64,000 nt of DNA from Gracilinanus agilis (taxonomy: Eukaryota): contig NC_058133.1 of the NCBI RefSeq assembly GCF_016433145.1, forward strand, positions 439,149,854 to 439,213,853. The letters are read 5' to 3'. Position numbers and translations under genes: made by a program. Under the pieces are notes generated by a model, which was given only the letters and a program-made list of their open reading frames with translations, did no database searches and was not told where the DNA came from. Of the stretch, positions 11,087 to 24,567 are shown piece after piece; the stretch's first letter is position 1; each line of letters begins with the position of its first letter.

Positions 11087-13536
11087 AAGAATAGTATGAG
11101 AGACTTTGTTAAATGCTTTCCTAAAATATAGGTAAACTATATCAAATTTCCCTGAAGAAAAAGGGAAATAAGGTAGTCTGGCATGAGCTGTCCTTAATAT
11201 GGAGTTAAGTTAACTTTCTTTTATAGATATTCACTTATTCTCTTTAATATAAGATTCCAGAATTTTAGCAGGAATTGATTTTAAGCTTGCTGACCAAGAG
11301 TTCGCAAGATCTCATTTTCTTTACTTTTTGGAAAATCAGGAAGACATTTACCCACCCTTTTCCACTCTTGGGGTATGTCTCCTAGTATATTAGTGACCTT
11401 TCAGAGATTGCTTACTAATTACATCTTCCAGTTCTTTTAATTCTTAATGTAATTCTTCTGAATCAAGGGATATAAAATCATTTAATGGCACCTAGTTGCT
11501 TTCCTTTGTTTATCAATTCCTTTGCCATTAAGTAAAAGGATCATTCTTTTTGTTAGAGAAAACATTAGCCAATAAGAGTTGAGCATCTTCGCCTTCCCTC
11601 TCTTTAGTCAACTAATGGTTCTGGATGAAGTAGCAATTTCAACCAATATTTGATATTCCTCACTCCTCTCTAATCCCCCATAACTTGTCACAGCAACAAA
11701 AACCTTTTGGTAGCTTTTAGCTTCTTTCATAAGCTTCAGCTCATTCTGAACTCTAGGGTTCCTAATGATATTTATATAGTGTGTGCAACCCTTCTGTAGT
11801 CATCTTCTGCTACTTCTTCCTCCCTTGTTTTCACTTCATATCCTCATCTTCTTAAAATGCAAATTGGCTAGTGAATTCCCATGCTTTCACATTGGTGTCT
11901 CCTATCTATTCGGCACTGAATGAGAACCTGTTCTTCATTGTACTTGTTTCTCTAAGTTATTCATTTGTATATAGACACTTGAGGCTGCAGGTTTACCTAC
12001 TGCCTTAGGAGTTCCTCAACCTAGAAATCACGACCCACTAATCTTCTCTTTTCTGACCCTTATCAGATAAGGTTACAGTCTTACCTGACTATAATTAACC
12101 TCTCTCTGTGTGCCTTTTACACAGGCCCTCTTATATGCCTGACAAGTACCTTTTCCTTATCTTTACCTCTTATAATCTTTAGTATCCTTCAAAGTTCAGC
12201 TGAATCCTTCTGCCCCTTTCTTGACCCTTCTTCCCCCCCCCCCCAGCTGCTAATATCTGCCTCCCCATTGTTATGTATGTATTTTGCCTATATGTATATA
12301 TTATTTTCCCCAACGTATGTAAACTTGAGAGCAGGAATTTTCATTTTTGTTTTTATATTTCCAGAATCTAGAACAGTCCCTGGCATATAACAGGCACTTT
12401 AAATGTTTGTTGATTGATGGATTAAGAGCATCCAATTCTGTCCTTTTTAGGAAGAGCCTCAAATTTGTTTCCCAGACAAACCTCTTTATCTCTTCTAGAA
12501 AGGAGACTAGTTTCTCTTTGAGCATAGAGCAAGCAATTATTTGTAGCACAAACTTATTATTGACCTACCATACTTAGTGGAAGTGAAAAATCTTCAGTCC
12601 CTTCTACCTATTTATATGAATTTACATTTTACAAAAGAAACCCCTAAAAAAAATCTTTTTCATATGAACATCTATCTAGACAGCCATCTCTCATACATTA
12701 CTAAATTGGGTGATTTTTAAAATCCAAATATGAGACTTTTTCTATTTATCTTTATCAAACTTTCTGTATGATGTGGAAGTGGCTTTGGCTTCTAAGTCTA
12801 TGATTTGGGACATAAGGATCTGGTCAATTTTACCAGTCTGGAATGGCTTTCACTGTGGTTCTAGTGACTGCTGCTAAGTGCCAAGAATGTCATTATCAGT
12901 AGGACCACTAGGTAGATGTTTAAGATGGTAACTCATGTAATACAAATAAAAAATATCTGTAGGGCCCTTTTACTTTTACAATTATAGTAGCTCCACTACT
13001 TAATACACTTTTTAGATTATAAACATTATGTTCTAAATAATGAGATCTTTGCCTAGTGACCAGTGAATTAACATGTTTTGTTATTGTATGAACCACATAA
13101 ATGTTGACATTTTTGTGAAAATTATATCAGAAAATAAGAAAATGGCAACTACATGTCAGACTGACTCAGATTACTTGGGAGAGGCAAGTAAAGAAATCCA
13201 TAAACTTGGTTTCATTGTACTTTCCAAGGCAATAGGAAACATTTTGAGACATTTGATCATCTTGCCTTTCAATGCTTATGATGAACATAAGCAAAAAGAT
13301 CAGAATGAAGATATTTACAGCTTAAGCTTATAGACCAACATTTGTTATAGAAGATGAAGAAGCAAAGCTTCATCAAATAGTGCTTGGAAGAAAAATTGGT
13401 AGATATTTAGAAAGTGTTCTTGTTGAAGTTCGATTAGGTCTGAGAGAATTTGGGATGAGAGATCTCATTCAGTTATTGTGTCCTATGAGCTTGAAGTAGA
13501 GAAATACTACAAAAAATATGGCATGATCCTTTAGAC

Positions 13537-13729
13537 CAGTGGTTCCCAAACTTTTCTGGTTTACTGCCCCCTTTCCAGAAAAAATATTACTTAGTGCCCC
13601 TGGAAATTAAATTTTTTTAAATTTAATAGCAATTAATAGAAAAGATAAATGCACCTGTGGCCATCACCATCTCTCTGGATCGCTGCAGCACCCACCAGGG
13701 GGTGGTAGCGCCCACTTTGGGAATCACTG
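13537..13729. mobile_element. 193 bp hAT/Charlie-type MITE
   Basis: TIRs cagtggttcccaaa and tttgggaatcactg; imperfect 8 bp TSD ctttagac / ctctggac (6/8). Confidence 0.85.
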
Positions 13730-13884
13730 CTCTGGACCAAGTATATATAATGTGCTACTACTGAATTTAATGAGAAATTGGTCTCAGGGGAAGAGGATAG
13801 AAACTGTTGAGAAAATATGAGTCAGCTTTGGGAAATGAAATGAGGCAACAGAATCCTCACACATATAAATAATAAAAATGATGT

Positions 13885-14095
13885 ACTCTTATATAGCACT
13901 CTAAGATTTCCAAAGTATTTTACTCATAATAACCCTTTGAGGTAAGTCGTATAAATATCATTATCCCCATCACATGGATAAGGAAACTGGAGCTCGGAGA
14001 AGTTAAGGGATTTGCCAACAACCATACAGCTAGGCTGTATCTAAGCTCAGATTTGAACCTATCTCTTGACTCCAATTTCAGTGGTCTCTATTCTC
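13885..14095 (-). mobile_element. MIR SINE
   Basis: atcattatccccat...ataaggaaactggagctcggagaagttaagggatttgcc...gatttgaacc. Confidence 0.7.
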
Positions 14096-15054
14096 TTTGT
14101 TTTCTCACTAAGGCAAGAGTTAAGATCCTGGACATGATACTTTAACATCATGTTAAGCAAAATTGAACAGATCTTAGCACAGGAATTGACTAGTAACTGA
14201 TGTAGAATACATAGGATCCTACTGTGTTGATTACAGAACACTTTCACTTGGTGAGAAAAAGCTATAAACCTCAAGGTTCTCCTTTAAATAAGGAGTTAAG
14301 AGCAATCAGGATTTCTTGATAAATGCAATTACCGGGAAGGACCTAATCAACAACTTGATTACAGGGACATATATTTGTTGCAATTATTCAACACTGTCAT
14401 AAAAGATGTCCTGCCCAAAGCTCACATGAAAAAGATTGTAAAGTGTCCTCAAGTTACAAAAACCTCTGTTTACAGATGACCTTGTAAGGACTTTCATCAA
14501 ATATCACAATATTTTAGAGTTTCATTGAGAATCACGACTATTGAATCCTGGAATATTATTCAAAGAATCATCTTCAAGTGGCCGAACAGGCAATCAGAGA
14601 CACATAGTAGACACGAGTAGGTTCTAGCATACTTCAGTGGTGATGACCTTCACATAAGTGACCTGAGAGATACTACCCATAAAATATATGATTATTGTAA
14701 GAACAAGAGGTAATAATTTTAAGAAAGGGTTTGCTGATGAGACCCAGATCCTTTTCTTCTGACCTCTCCCCCCCCCCCCCCACCTTGAATGACATTTACA
14801 GTTGCCCCTTGGACACTTCAGTTCTCTATTTTCTAATATCAATTCAAATTAAACTTACTATCCTCTTCTCTTCCTTGCTTCCTATCTGTATACCTCACTG
14901 TCTGTTTTTTCTTTTAATGATACAATAAACCTGTCAGGATGAAAATTCAGTCCTTCTTGACACTTTCTGTCACCCTCTAACCAGACAATCACATTGGTCA
15001 TTGATTATTTAAAATACAATTCCAATATTTTTCCAACCCCATTGCATTCAGTCT

Positions 15055-15490
15055 TTTTTAAAATTGAATTTCATTTTTATCAATTACAAAAAGAAACATT
15101 TTTTTGACAGTTTTCTGATATTTTGGAATTTGGATTCTTTCCCTCTTTCCCTCCCCCACTAATGGTCTGATATAAGTTATATCAGTGTGTTCATGCAGTG
15201 CATATTTCCATATTCCCTATGTTGTGACTGAGAACCAGTATTTTTTACTTTAAAATTTTTTAAATTACATTTAAAAATAATTTTTGGCAATGCTTTTTGA
15301 CATTTTACTGTTGAGATTCTCCCCCTCTCCAAGGCCATAAATAGTTTATAGGTTATACCAGTGCTTTCTGCACTTAGTCTTAATGTTGCAAGCTGGACTA
15401 CTACTTCCATCTGCTTTGCTTGCATTTACTATAACTCTCCTATCCAATTCATCATATACACTTCTACTAGTCTAATTTTCTTAAAGTGCA
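15055..15490 (-). mobile_element. Old marsupial L1 3' UTR fragment
   Basis: T-rich start, caattaca, ccctcccccact, catatttccatatt pattern typical of L1 3' ends on the minus strand; approximate. Confidence 0.55.
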
Positions 15491-15494
15491 ACAT

Positions 15495-15643
15495 TATTTT
15501 TTTTTACACCCTTACCTTCTGTCTTAGAATCAGTACCTATATTGGTTCCAAGGCAGAAGAATGGTAAGGACTAGGAAATGGGTTTAAGTGACTTGCCCAG
15601 GGTTACAAAACTAGGAAATATCTGAAGCCAGATTTGAACCCAG
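15495..15643 (-). mobile_element. SINE1_Mdo-like SINE (5' truncated)
   Basis: cccttaccttctgtcttagaatc...aaggcagaagaatggtaagg...aagtgacttgcccaggg. Confidence 0.8.
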
Positions 15644-16924
15644 TACATACAAGACACATACTTTAAGAATATAATTTTCTAGTCTAATTTGAACCTTCCT
15701 TTCAAGTCTTATATCCAGATAGTCACTTTCTAAAACATTCCGCCTCAACCAGTCTTTTTTATTCACTATCTCCTCCCTTTCCAAAAACATCTTAAATTTT
15801 CTATTTCCATTCATATTCTCTCATCATTTATGATGCCTCCCATGTACCTCCTCCCATTTACCCCAATTTTCCAAACCTTTCTTTTACTTTATCCAGTTGA
15901 AATCCTATTGCTTTCCTTATTCACTTCAACCAAAAGGATCTCAGGACTTTTACATCCTGGCAAGGAACTGAGGAAGTTTGAAGGCACAAATAATACATTA
16001 ATGCTGATGGCAAAGGGAAGAACTTTGGAGAAGAAAGGTAGGTATGGGAAGTAAGTGGCTGGTCAAGAAAATGCTATTATAATAACATGGAATTTGTATT
16101 TCTAGGCAGGAGATTACATATAGGAATGATAATGTATGGATAAATATATGAACCAGAGATCTTAAAACAAGTTAGTAAATTTAACCTCATAGTGATAACT
16201 GAATAATAATGTGATTTATTACAGAAATGTGGCAATAGAAGAGTATGCCTTATTGAAAAGAAACAGGTTTTGAGGAAAAAGTGATGAGAGTAGCATTTTT
16301 TATCAAGGAGCTGTACCCTTGTGAGAAAATCTATAAATCATGTTGGGAAATATTTAGATTAATAAATGGAGGGAAAAAGGTGATATTGTGGGAGTATACT
16401 AAAGTCCACTTGGCTAGAAGGGGAAAAAATGATTTCTAGAAACAAATGATGAACAGACTTGATAGAGCAGATATCTGTCAGAATGCTCAGTACTAAAAGT
16501 GAAACAACTGATCCATCTTAAATAGCCTTGATCATATTTTTTAAAAGGAGGAAGAAGCAACAGAAGTACCAGATTCTGTCCAGTAAATTGGTGCTACTTG
16601 CCAGAAGTACTGGGATTCTTGGGGGAAAGTAATTATGCCATCTTAGAGTTGTGATAGATGAGGAAGGTAAAACTGGATATGGTCTGAAAATAACCCTGCA
16701 AACTCAAGATTTTGAAAGAATGGATTTCTAAAAATACAGAATATGTCTTAAAATTCTACATGGCAAGTTGGTCTACAAATTATAGAATATTATGCTGAAT
16801 ATTAAATTATCCTGATTATGCCATTTACTACATGTGTGAGGTGGGACAAGTCAGCTTTTCTTGAACCTGTTTCTTTTTGAGGGGGGGAAGGAGAAAGGGA
16901 AAGGGGGGTTGTTTTCTTTAGTTA

Positions 16925-18295
16925 AAATTTTTTATTTTCCCAATTACACATAACAATTTTCAACAAGTTTTTTCAGAGATTATAAAATCTAGATTGTCTC
17001 CCTCTCTTCTTTCCCCACTTCTAGAGATGTTAAGCAATTTGATTTGGGTTATATGTATATTATCATAAAAGATATTTCTGTATTGGGCATTGTTGTAAGA
17101 GAATACTCACATAAAACCAAAACCTCAAAATAAAACCACAGATAAACTAAAGTGAAAAATAGTATATTTTGATCTGCATTCAGACTCTTAACAGTTCTTC
17201 CTCTGGAGGTAGGTAGAATTCTTTGTCATACGTCATTCAGGAGGGCAGCTAGGTGGCTCAGTAGATTGGGAGACAGACGCAGAGACTGGGTTCAAATCTG
17301 GTCTCAGACACTTCCTAGCTGTGTGACCCTGGGCAAGTCACTTAACTGCCATTGACTAGCCCTTACTACTTTTCTGCCTTAGAAACCACTACACAGTATT
17401 GATTCTAAGATGGAAAGTGAGGGCTTAAAAAAAAAAAGTCATTCAGAAATGTTCTGGATCATTGTATTGCTGAGAATCGCTATCTTTCACAGCTGATCAT
17501 CATGCAATATTGCTATTATTATGTACAATATTCTCCTGGTTCTACTTATTTCACTGCATCAGTTCATGTAGATCTTTCCAGCCTTTTCTAAAATCATCCT
17601 GCTCATTTCTTATAGCACAATTGTATTTCATCACCATAATTTACCATAATTTGTTCAGCTATTCCCCATTCGTTGGTCATCCCCTCAATTTCCAAATCTT
17701 TGCCACCAAAAAAAGAGCTGCTATAAATATTTTTGTACAGGTATAGGTCCTTTCTCCTTTTTGTGAATCTCTTTGGGATATAGAACTAGTAGTGATATTA
17801 CAGTATCAAAGGATATGAACAATTTTATAACTCTTTGGGCATAGTTTCAAATTGCCTTCTAGGATGGTTAGAACAGTTCATAGCACCAGTAATGCATTAG
17901 TGTCCCAATTTTGCCACATCTTCTCTGTTTACCATTTTCCTTTATTGTCGTATTGTTCTGATAGGTGTGAGGTGGAACCTCAGAGTTAAATTTTTCGTTT
18001 CTCTAATAGAGTGATTTACAACATTTTTTCATATGATAATTGGCAACTGCTTGTTCATATCTTTTGATCATTTGTCAATTGGAGAATGACATGTGTTCAT
18101 ATAAATTTAACTTACTTCTCTATATATTTGAGAAACGAGGCCTTTATCAGAGAAATTTACTGAAAATTTTTTTCCTGGTTGTTTCCCTTCTAATCTTGGT
18201 TACATTGGTTTTATTTGTGCAACCTTTTAAATTTAATATAATCAGAATTATCCATTTTATATCTTTCAGTGTTCTCTATCTCCTATTTGGGTCTC
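16925..18295 (-). mobile_element. L1 3' end with ORF2 C-terminal region
   Basis: ttttattttcccaattaca tail; aatttgttcagctattccccatt, agagctgctataaatatttttgtaca, ggtgtgaggtggaacctcagagtt are characteristic L1 ORF2 segments. Confidence 0.85.
17241..17437 (+). mobile_element. SINE1_Mdo-like SINE inserted in L1
   Basis: Head and A tail; TSD gtcattcag at 17232-17240 and 17438-17446. Confidence 0.88.
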
Positions 18296-19172
18296 TTGTT
18301 TCCTCATCTACAAAATAAGAGTGTTGGATTAGATGACCTCCGAGGTCTCTTCCAACTATAGATTTGTGTATACAAGATGAAAACCAAGGGTAGAAAACTG
18401 AAGATGTATATGAGTGATATGGACCTGTCAGAATAACAAACTTTGCAATGAATGACAATGAATGACGCCTCCACCATATCCTTTCCTCCACTTCCCTTAC
18501 CAAAGCAGGAATTTATTAGCTAAGTTTGGGACAAGGAGATAAAAGATAGAATGAGACTGGCTCAAGAAAGAGATGACAACATAGCAGAGATAGCAGATCT
18601 ATTCATCTTGTTTTTCCGTATCAAAGAAAATGATTTGCAGTTTAGAAAGTATTAGAATCAAAATGTTTAATGGTAATTGAAACTCTACATGTGAGGCAAG
18701 TGTAAGATGATATCAGTCCTTAGTAAGCTGAAGCTTATTAAGCTAACCCAAGTCTTAAATTTGTGTCAATATTGGGCACATGGTCCTAAAATTTTTTGTC
18801 CATGTACGTGCTGAGCTATTGCCAGTGATCTTTGGCCAAAGAAGCAGTGTGGAGCAGTAGAAAGAACAATGGATTTGGAGTTAGTTAAGCTGAATTCATG
18901 TCTTGGCACTGCTACTTCCTGCCTTTGTGACTGTGCAAGTCCATGCTAATGGACTACTGTTTTTTCATCTGTAAAACGAGAGGTTTAGATCAGATGATTT
19001 GCCAAGATTCTTTCGAGTTCCAAGTGATTGTTTCTGTGACAGGTAGTTGGATAATGTCTTAATTTTTAAACAGGGTAAGAAGATAGATCCTTCAACTGTA
19101 GTCTTGACTAATTCCTGGAGAAGTCATCATTAAAAGAGTTGTGAAAGGAAATCAGGGATTGCTACTAGCCAG

Positions 19173-19209
<37 letters not shown>

Positions 19210-19234
19210 TTCATTTCTTTATTTATTTGAGTTG

Positions 19235-19415
19235 TTTTTTTTTAAACCCATACCTTCTGTCTTGGAGCCAATACTGGTATTGGCTCCAAGGCAGAAGAGT
19301 GGTAAGGGTAGGCAATGGGGGTCACATAGCTGGGAAGTGTCTGAGGTCAGATTTGAACCTAGGACCTCCCTCTCTAGACCTGACTCTCAATCCACTGAGC
19401 CACCCAGCTGCCCCC
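19235..19415 (-). mobile_element. SINE1_Mdo-like SINE within an (ATT)n tract
   Basis: Reverse-complement head ...ccactgagccacccagctgccccc; flanked on both sides by ttttattattatt. Confidence 0.88.
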
Positions 19416-19560
19416 TTTTATTATTATTATTATTAGTTAAGAACTCAGCATGCTATACTAATTACATTTTTTTTTTGTTTTATCAGCTAATTTCTCAGGG
19501 AGATGCCATAATAGATTATATGCCTATATCTCAGCAAGGGATTTGACACCAATGTCCATG

Positions 19561-20290
19561 TGTTGTGGAAGAAAAACACACCCAAGTTTGTAGCAGGGTC
19601 TCACCCTAAGAATGGGAGATTGAACTATGTTTAGTCCAGAAGTAAGAAAAGAATTTTATTTGAAAATTGTTTTTCTTACCTCAGGATAGAAGGGAGCTAA
19701 AGCATGATGCTTCCCAGCCAATGCACCAAAATATGTTGGGGGAGAAATTCATCCAAGTTGGTAGCAGGGTCTCGTCTCAAAAATGAGAGACTCAAAGACC
19801 ATTCAATCCAGAAGAAGGAAGAAATTCTATTTAAAGAAGAAGTTTATGGTGATGAAATAGCTTAAAAGCTGGTGGAATAGTCAGGGTGGTGGGGTAGGGT
19901 GACTAATAGAGTACCCTCTCTGGAGCTGATAGAATAGCAGCTCTCCTGGTGTGAAGTAGCAGCTCTGTAGCTGATGGAATAGCAGCTCTTAGGGCAATGA
20001 ATAGCCCAATAAGTAATGGAATAGCAATCCCAGTGTGGAGTAGCAACCCCAGGTGTGCATCAGAGTTTGCATATTTATTAGGGTTTGAGAGCTTGTCATC
20101 TCCCATTCCAGCAGGGTCTTCACCTTTCCAGAAAACCCAGGAAAATAGGCCTGGTCAAATTCAGGTGGAGTAGTGTTTTGGAGTTTGACGTGTACATCAC
20201 AGGGAATAAGGAGTATGCACGGATTTGGGGGATTCTTGTAGAAGGCTAGAGCCCCTAGTGCACAGGTTCCTTGTTTTCCCCCTGTCATCA
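19561..20290 (-). mobile_element. ERV LTR (19734-20290, TG...CA) preceded by a related partial LTR terminus (19561-19733)
   Basis: TGTTG starts at 19561 and 19734, end ...ctgtcatca at 20290; minus-strand AATAAA near 19655; no clean TSD found. Confidence 0.6.
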
Positions 20291-20939
20291 TTTGTCAGTG
20301 AAGGAGAGGTCTTGCTCCTCTTCTAGAATGAGAATATGGGGGTGGGGGAGAATGCAGGTACATTGGAGGACCATTATAAGTAATTATATCTTACGGTTCT
20401 GAATTAAAGTAAATATAGAACAATATGAGTGAATAATAAAACAAATTAGGCATAAAGCTGATGCCCAGTGTAGAATATTACAGATCTAGTATAGGTGATT
20501 GATGATAACTGATCAACAATACAGATTTTGCAGTTTATGCTTAACTAATGCTGCAGTTTATGTTTAACTAGTGCTAACTGGTGAGAAATGCAAGATTTCA
20601 GAGTATGAGGGTCCTGTTCCTATTACTATTTCTCATTGCCTACTGTCAGCCCCCATTACATGTGCTGTATTTATCCTATATTATACTAGTGTACTAGTTA
20701 ATGGATTCAGAGCAGACTTAATGGACAAACCCAAAGAGTGGTGATTAATAATAGCTCAATGTCAGCCTAGAAGACATTTCCCAAAGGAATCCCATAGGCA
20801 CCTTTCTTTATTTCTCTGTTTAATATCTTTATCAGTGATTTGGATTAAGCCAGAAACAAATATTAGGAGACACAAACTTAGGAAAGATAGTACCCTAGTT
20901 GAATGGCAATATTGAATCCAAAAATGTTTGGATAAGCCT

Positions 20940-21800
20940 GAATACTGGACTAAATCTCAGATATTCCATTGGCTCTATGCTCTCATCAATGTGGCTGTTT
21001 CAGTAACACAGAGTTCTATTCAACCATGCTCGCTCATCCTGTCCAGTTTTTGCCCTTGTTCTTCATAAATTTGCCTCATGGACCATTCATTGTGTTGTGT
21101 CCCTTCCATTAGCTCTGCTAACATTGTGAAATACCAGTGGAGCTTATGAGCAGTATGTCTATTATTATCTCTTACTCCATGTGACCAGTCTATACTTTTT
21201 ATCTCAGTTTTTCATATTTCTTATTTGTAATATGTTGTAGTCCCCTCACACTTATCACCTGCCCTTCCGTTGTTCTTACAGTGATCCTCAACTTCAAATC
21301 TTCATGGGCTTTTAATATTCCTTATCTCATACCAGAAAGCAGCACCAAAAGGATACTGGATCTTTGTTTCATGGAAAAAGTTAACAAAAGAACTTTACAT
21401 TTTCCCAAAAGCACTCTAGCCCATTCTTCTGTTCAATTCTGGTATATAGTCTATTCACTTTGTGCAATATATGTATACTGAAGGACAAATTCTGTAGAAT
21501 ATCAATCCAACTGCCTATTCTAAGCTTCAGTATGGGAATTTTTTTTATCCATTTGGTTTTTTTCCAAGATGGATATTTAGGGCAAATTCTTTTGAGCAAT
21601 TGCAGATCTTATTTAGAAGAACCTTCAGTGTTCTATGATGATGCCATCAACCAATGAAAGTAGGAGTAGAATTCTTCAGGTAGGACTCAGGGCTGGATCT
21701 CCTCCATAACAGTGATGAACACCTTTGGTGAACATACATCTGCCTTTTTTATACCTTGCTTGAATGATCAGATAACGTTCTCTCTCTTAAATTTTTCATG
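20940..21800 (-). mobile_element. RTE LINE fragment (RT C-terminal region)
   Basis: Reverse complement resembles RTE RT (..K.KW.K., YLGQ-like and AFGK-like segments; cf. ORF 21381-21599 KKTKWIK). Confidence 0.65.
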
Positions 21801-24389
21801 GAATAGTGTCATTTTAGTGTATGCAGGGTAGGCATCTTGTTGGACATACAGGTAAATAATTTTTAACTGGCCTACTTAAACAGTTATTTTTGGACAAAAA
21901 TATTGTGAAAGTGATGGAGAAAAGGACATTGCCATCATTTAGAACTAATCCATTCAGAAGTTTAACTAATATAAATTAGGTGATGTAATGAGAACATTAA
22001 AAAGAAAACCTAAAAAAATTCCTCTAATCAACCAACACTTGATTTATTTGTGAGGTGAAATGTGATAGTCCAGAGTATTACTTGTTTTTAAATTCTTACA
22101 GAGAAATAATGGAATATTATGAGCAGCATTGCCTCGTTTAAGGAAGGCTCAATGAGACATCTAACTAGTCATCCCAAGGATATTTAAGGATGGTAATGGA
22201 AGGAAAATACAAACTAATGAAAGATGGATCAAATCTATTGAGATGAAATTTAATAGGAAAAAATATAAAGGCCTGCACTGGAACTTTTAAAAGCAAATGC
22301 TTAGGTAGCAGTTCATCAGAAAACTACTTGAGGTTTTTGAGTGGACTACATTCTCAGTCTGAATTAGTAGTATGGAGTGGCATCTCAGAAAGTTAATGTG
22401 ATCTTATCCTAAATTAATAGAAACAATATGCAGAACAAGAAAGGTTTTAGACTTACCCTACTTTTTAATTTAAAAGTAAAATTATCCTTTACTTCCCAAT
22501 TGTGCGTCAGAAATGGGACTGAATCCAGGTCTTTTTGACTGAGGCCAGTTCTATCCCCTCTGCCACATTACCTTCCTTTCCCACCCCTCCTTACCTCTCA
22601 CTTTCCTCAGAGGTGAAGGTAGGTCTAGGAGAAGCTTCTAGCTTTTTTTGTTTCTGGTTTGTGTGCATGTAGATGTACAAATCTGTAATTTCATTGGTTG
22701 ATGTTGGGTACTCCTACAGAGGAAACTCCCTCTACCAGTGCAGATTGACAACTTTTTTGGGAGGAGCAATTTAGAGCCTTTCCTTTTTCAGTGATAGGTC
22801 CTTTCAGACATACTCTCAGGGATATATAGCTGGTATATTTCAAAGGTGAGGCCTAAATCAAAGTGTTTATTACTTGAAGGACAACTTTGTCTACTATACC
22901 TTACTACCTCCTGGATGTTTTGCTAAAGTGCTAACTTTAACAGACTTTTAGTTAACAGTTTTGTGTCTTATCTTCTTAGAACTTAAGTGAGTCTTATAAA
23001 TATACACATATGTATCTCATTAGGAGTCCCTTTTAAAATCTGTCTAAGAAAATTTGAACTAATATTATTTTTCCCTGGTTAAATTTCACCAGCAGTCAGA
23101 AGTATTCATAATTTTCCCCTTAATCTTAGATCTGCACTTAAAAATAGCCAGTGTTCAACAGATATGTATGCAGGCTGGGCTGATTTTGGATCCTTTGGAC
23201 AAAGAAAAGTCTTTGTTGGGTGCATTGAGGCTGTTTTGATTGATATGATAGATGATGTACTGGGAAATAGTCAAAACATTACCAGATGGAGGTGAATTGA
23301 GTATATTCTCTCCTCTTGTGTTTCTGGTAAGGAACAGTGAGAGCAGAGCCTTTGGGACTGAGTATCACATATAAAGATGCCCAAAGGAGATTATTGATGG
23401 AAAGTGACTCTCTTTAATAATATGGGTTAATAGCTTTCAAGAGAAGGGGTGGTCAGGAGTCCATATTTTTTTCTTTCTTCACATTAGCCACTTTTATCCC
23501 CTGACAATCTTTGTTTACAAACCTCCTAAACATTATATACTGGTCCTTAGTAGATGAAGAAAATTATACTCAAATTCACTGTGGAGAATGTGAATAGACA
23601 CAAATTTTGATTAGTTCATTTCTTGGGCTATCAGTTTTGGCCACCACCTTCTGGATCAAAAAAAATCATTTGTCATTGTTATAGATGTTGTACCATCCTT
23701 GTGTCTGTTGATATTTACTAGGCTTGTATCTGTTGACAATTTCCAATCAAATGGCAGTGAGAAAAGTTTATTTTGAGTGCTATTATATAGTTTAAAATAT
23801 TGTTGTTTTGTTTTATTATAATTTTAAAGATTTGTTTAATATATTCTTTGGATGTGTAAAGATGTTATAAAATAGAAGAATGAATGTTAAAATGAGTAGA
23901 AAAACTACAATGGAGCATTGATTGGTTTTGTTCACAAAAATAACTGACCCAAACTTCAGATTTGTTTACATATGATGACAAAAATGAAGCAAGTTGATTC
24001 TCTACTTGAAAAGAAGAAAAAAAATTGTTTAGAGACAAAGGGAGGCATTTTTTTTAAAACCTCCTGAAGGGATGGAAGTGGCCTGGACACAGGCAGGTGG
24101 ATTGGTGGATAGAGCCAGGCCTGGAATCAGGATGACTTGAGTTCAGATCAGGCCTCATAATTACTAAATACTTGATCTTGCCAAATTGAAAGATGGGACA
24201 GTCAAAAGACAACACTAATTCTGAGTATAAGCCCATTTGTAAAACATTATGGAGGAAGATGGTGAGAGTCTACAAATACTATCTGAAAAAGGAGTTTAGA
24301 AAAATGAGCTTGCAGTGGGTTTGGTTTGAGATTTGTTTAATTTGGTTACTTATAAAGTAGAAGATTTGACATGGAATAGATCTATTTTT

Positions 24390-24567
24390 TTTAAACCCTT
24401 GTACTTCGGTGTATTGTCTCATAGGTGGAAGATTGGTAAGGGTGGGCAATGGGGGTCAAGTGACTTGCCCAGGGTCACACAGCTAGGAAGTGTCTGAGGC
24501 CGGGTTTGAACCTAGGACCTCCTGTCTCTAGGCCTGACTCTCACTCCACTGAGCTACCCAGCTGCCC
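24390..24567 (-). mobile_element. SINE1_Mdo-like SINE (short-tail variant) with 16 bp TSD
   Basis: TSD gaatagatctattttt at 24374-24389 and 24569-24584. Confidence 0.9.

Larger units (their letters stand above)
8690..11950 (-). mobile_element. Degraded L3/CR1 LINE, interrupted by younger elements
   Basis: Reverse complement of 11104-11141 gives IVYLYFRKAFNK (CR1 RT motif VYLDFSKAFDK); surrounding segments resemble L3; boundaries approximate. Confidence 0.65.
13130..14620 (+). mobile_element. Degraded RTE LINE (endonuclease and RT remnants), interrupted by a MITE and a MIR
   Basis: AYRPTFVIEDEE near 13330-13365 (RTE EN motif AYAPTS..EDEE) and LFTDDLV near 14466-14486 (RT catalytic motif LFADD). 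Confidence 0.6.
16300..22450 (+). mobile_element. Long, heavily fragmented L3/CR1 LINE hosting L1, SINE, LTR and RTE insertions
   Basis: EN-like segment at ~16600-16740, LYLSKGFD near 19520-19548, LFNIFISDLD from 20816, 3' RT-like segments at ~22100-22450; collinear order; boundaries approximate. Confidence 0.6.

Noticed and set aside
13073-13333. 86 aa ORF considered as a possible processed pseudogene or endogenous viral element
   Set aside because: Adjacent sequence carries RTE endonuclease motifs (AYRPT...EDEE); explained as a decayed RTE.
23162-23291. Possible 130 nt exon (ag...gt) encoding DMYAGWADFGSF...
   Set aside because: Weak polypyrimidine tract, no recognisable protein match and no partner exons.
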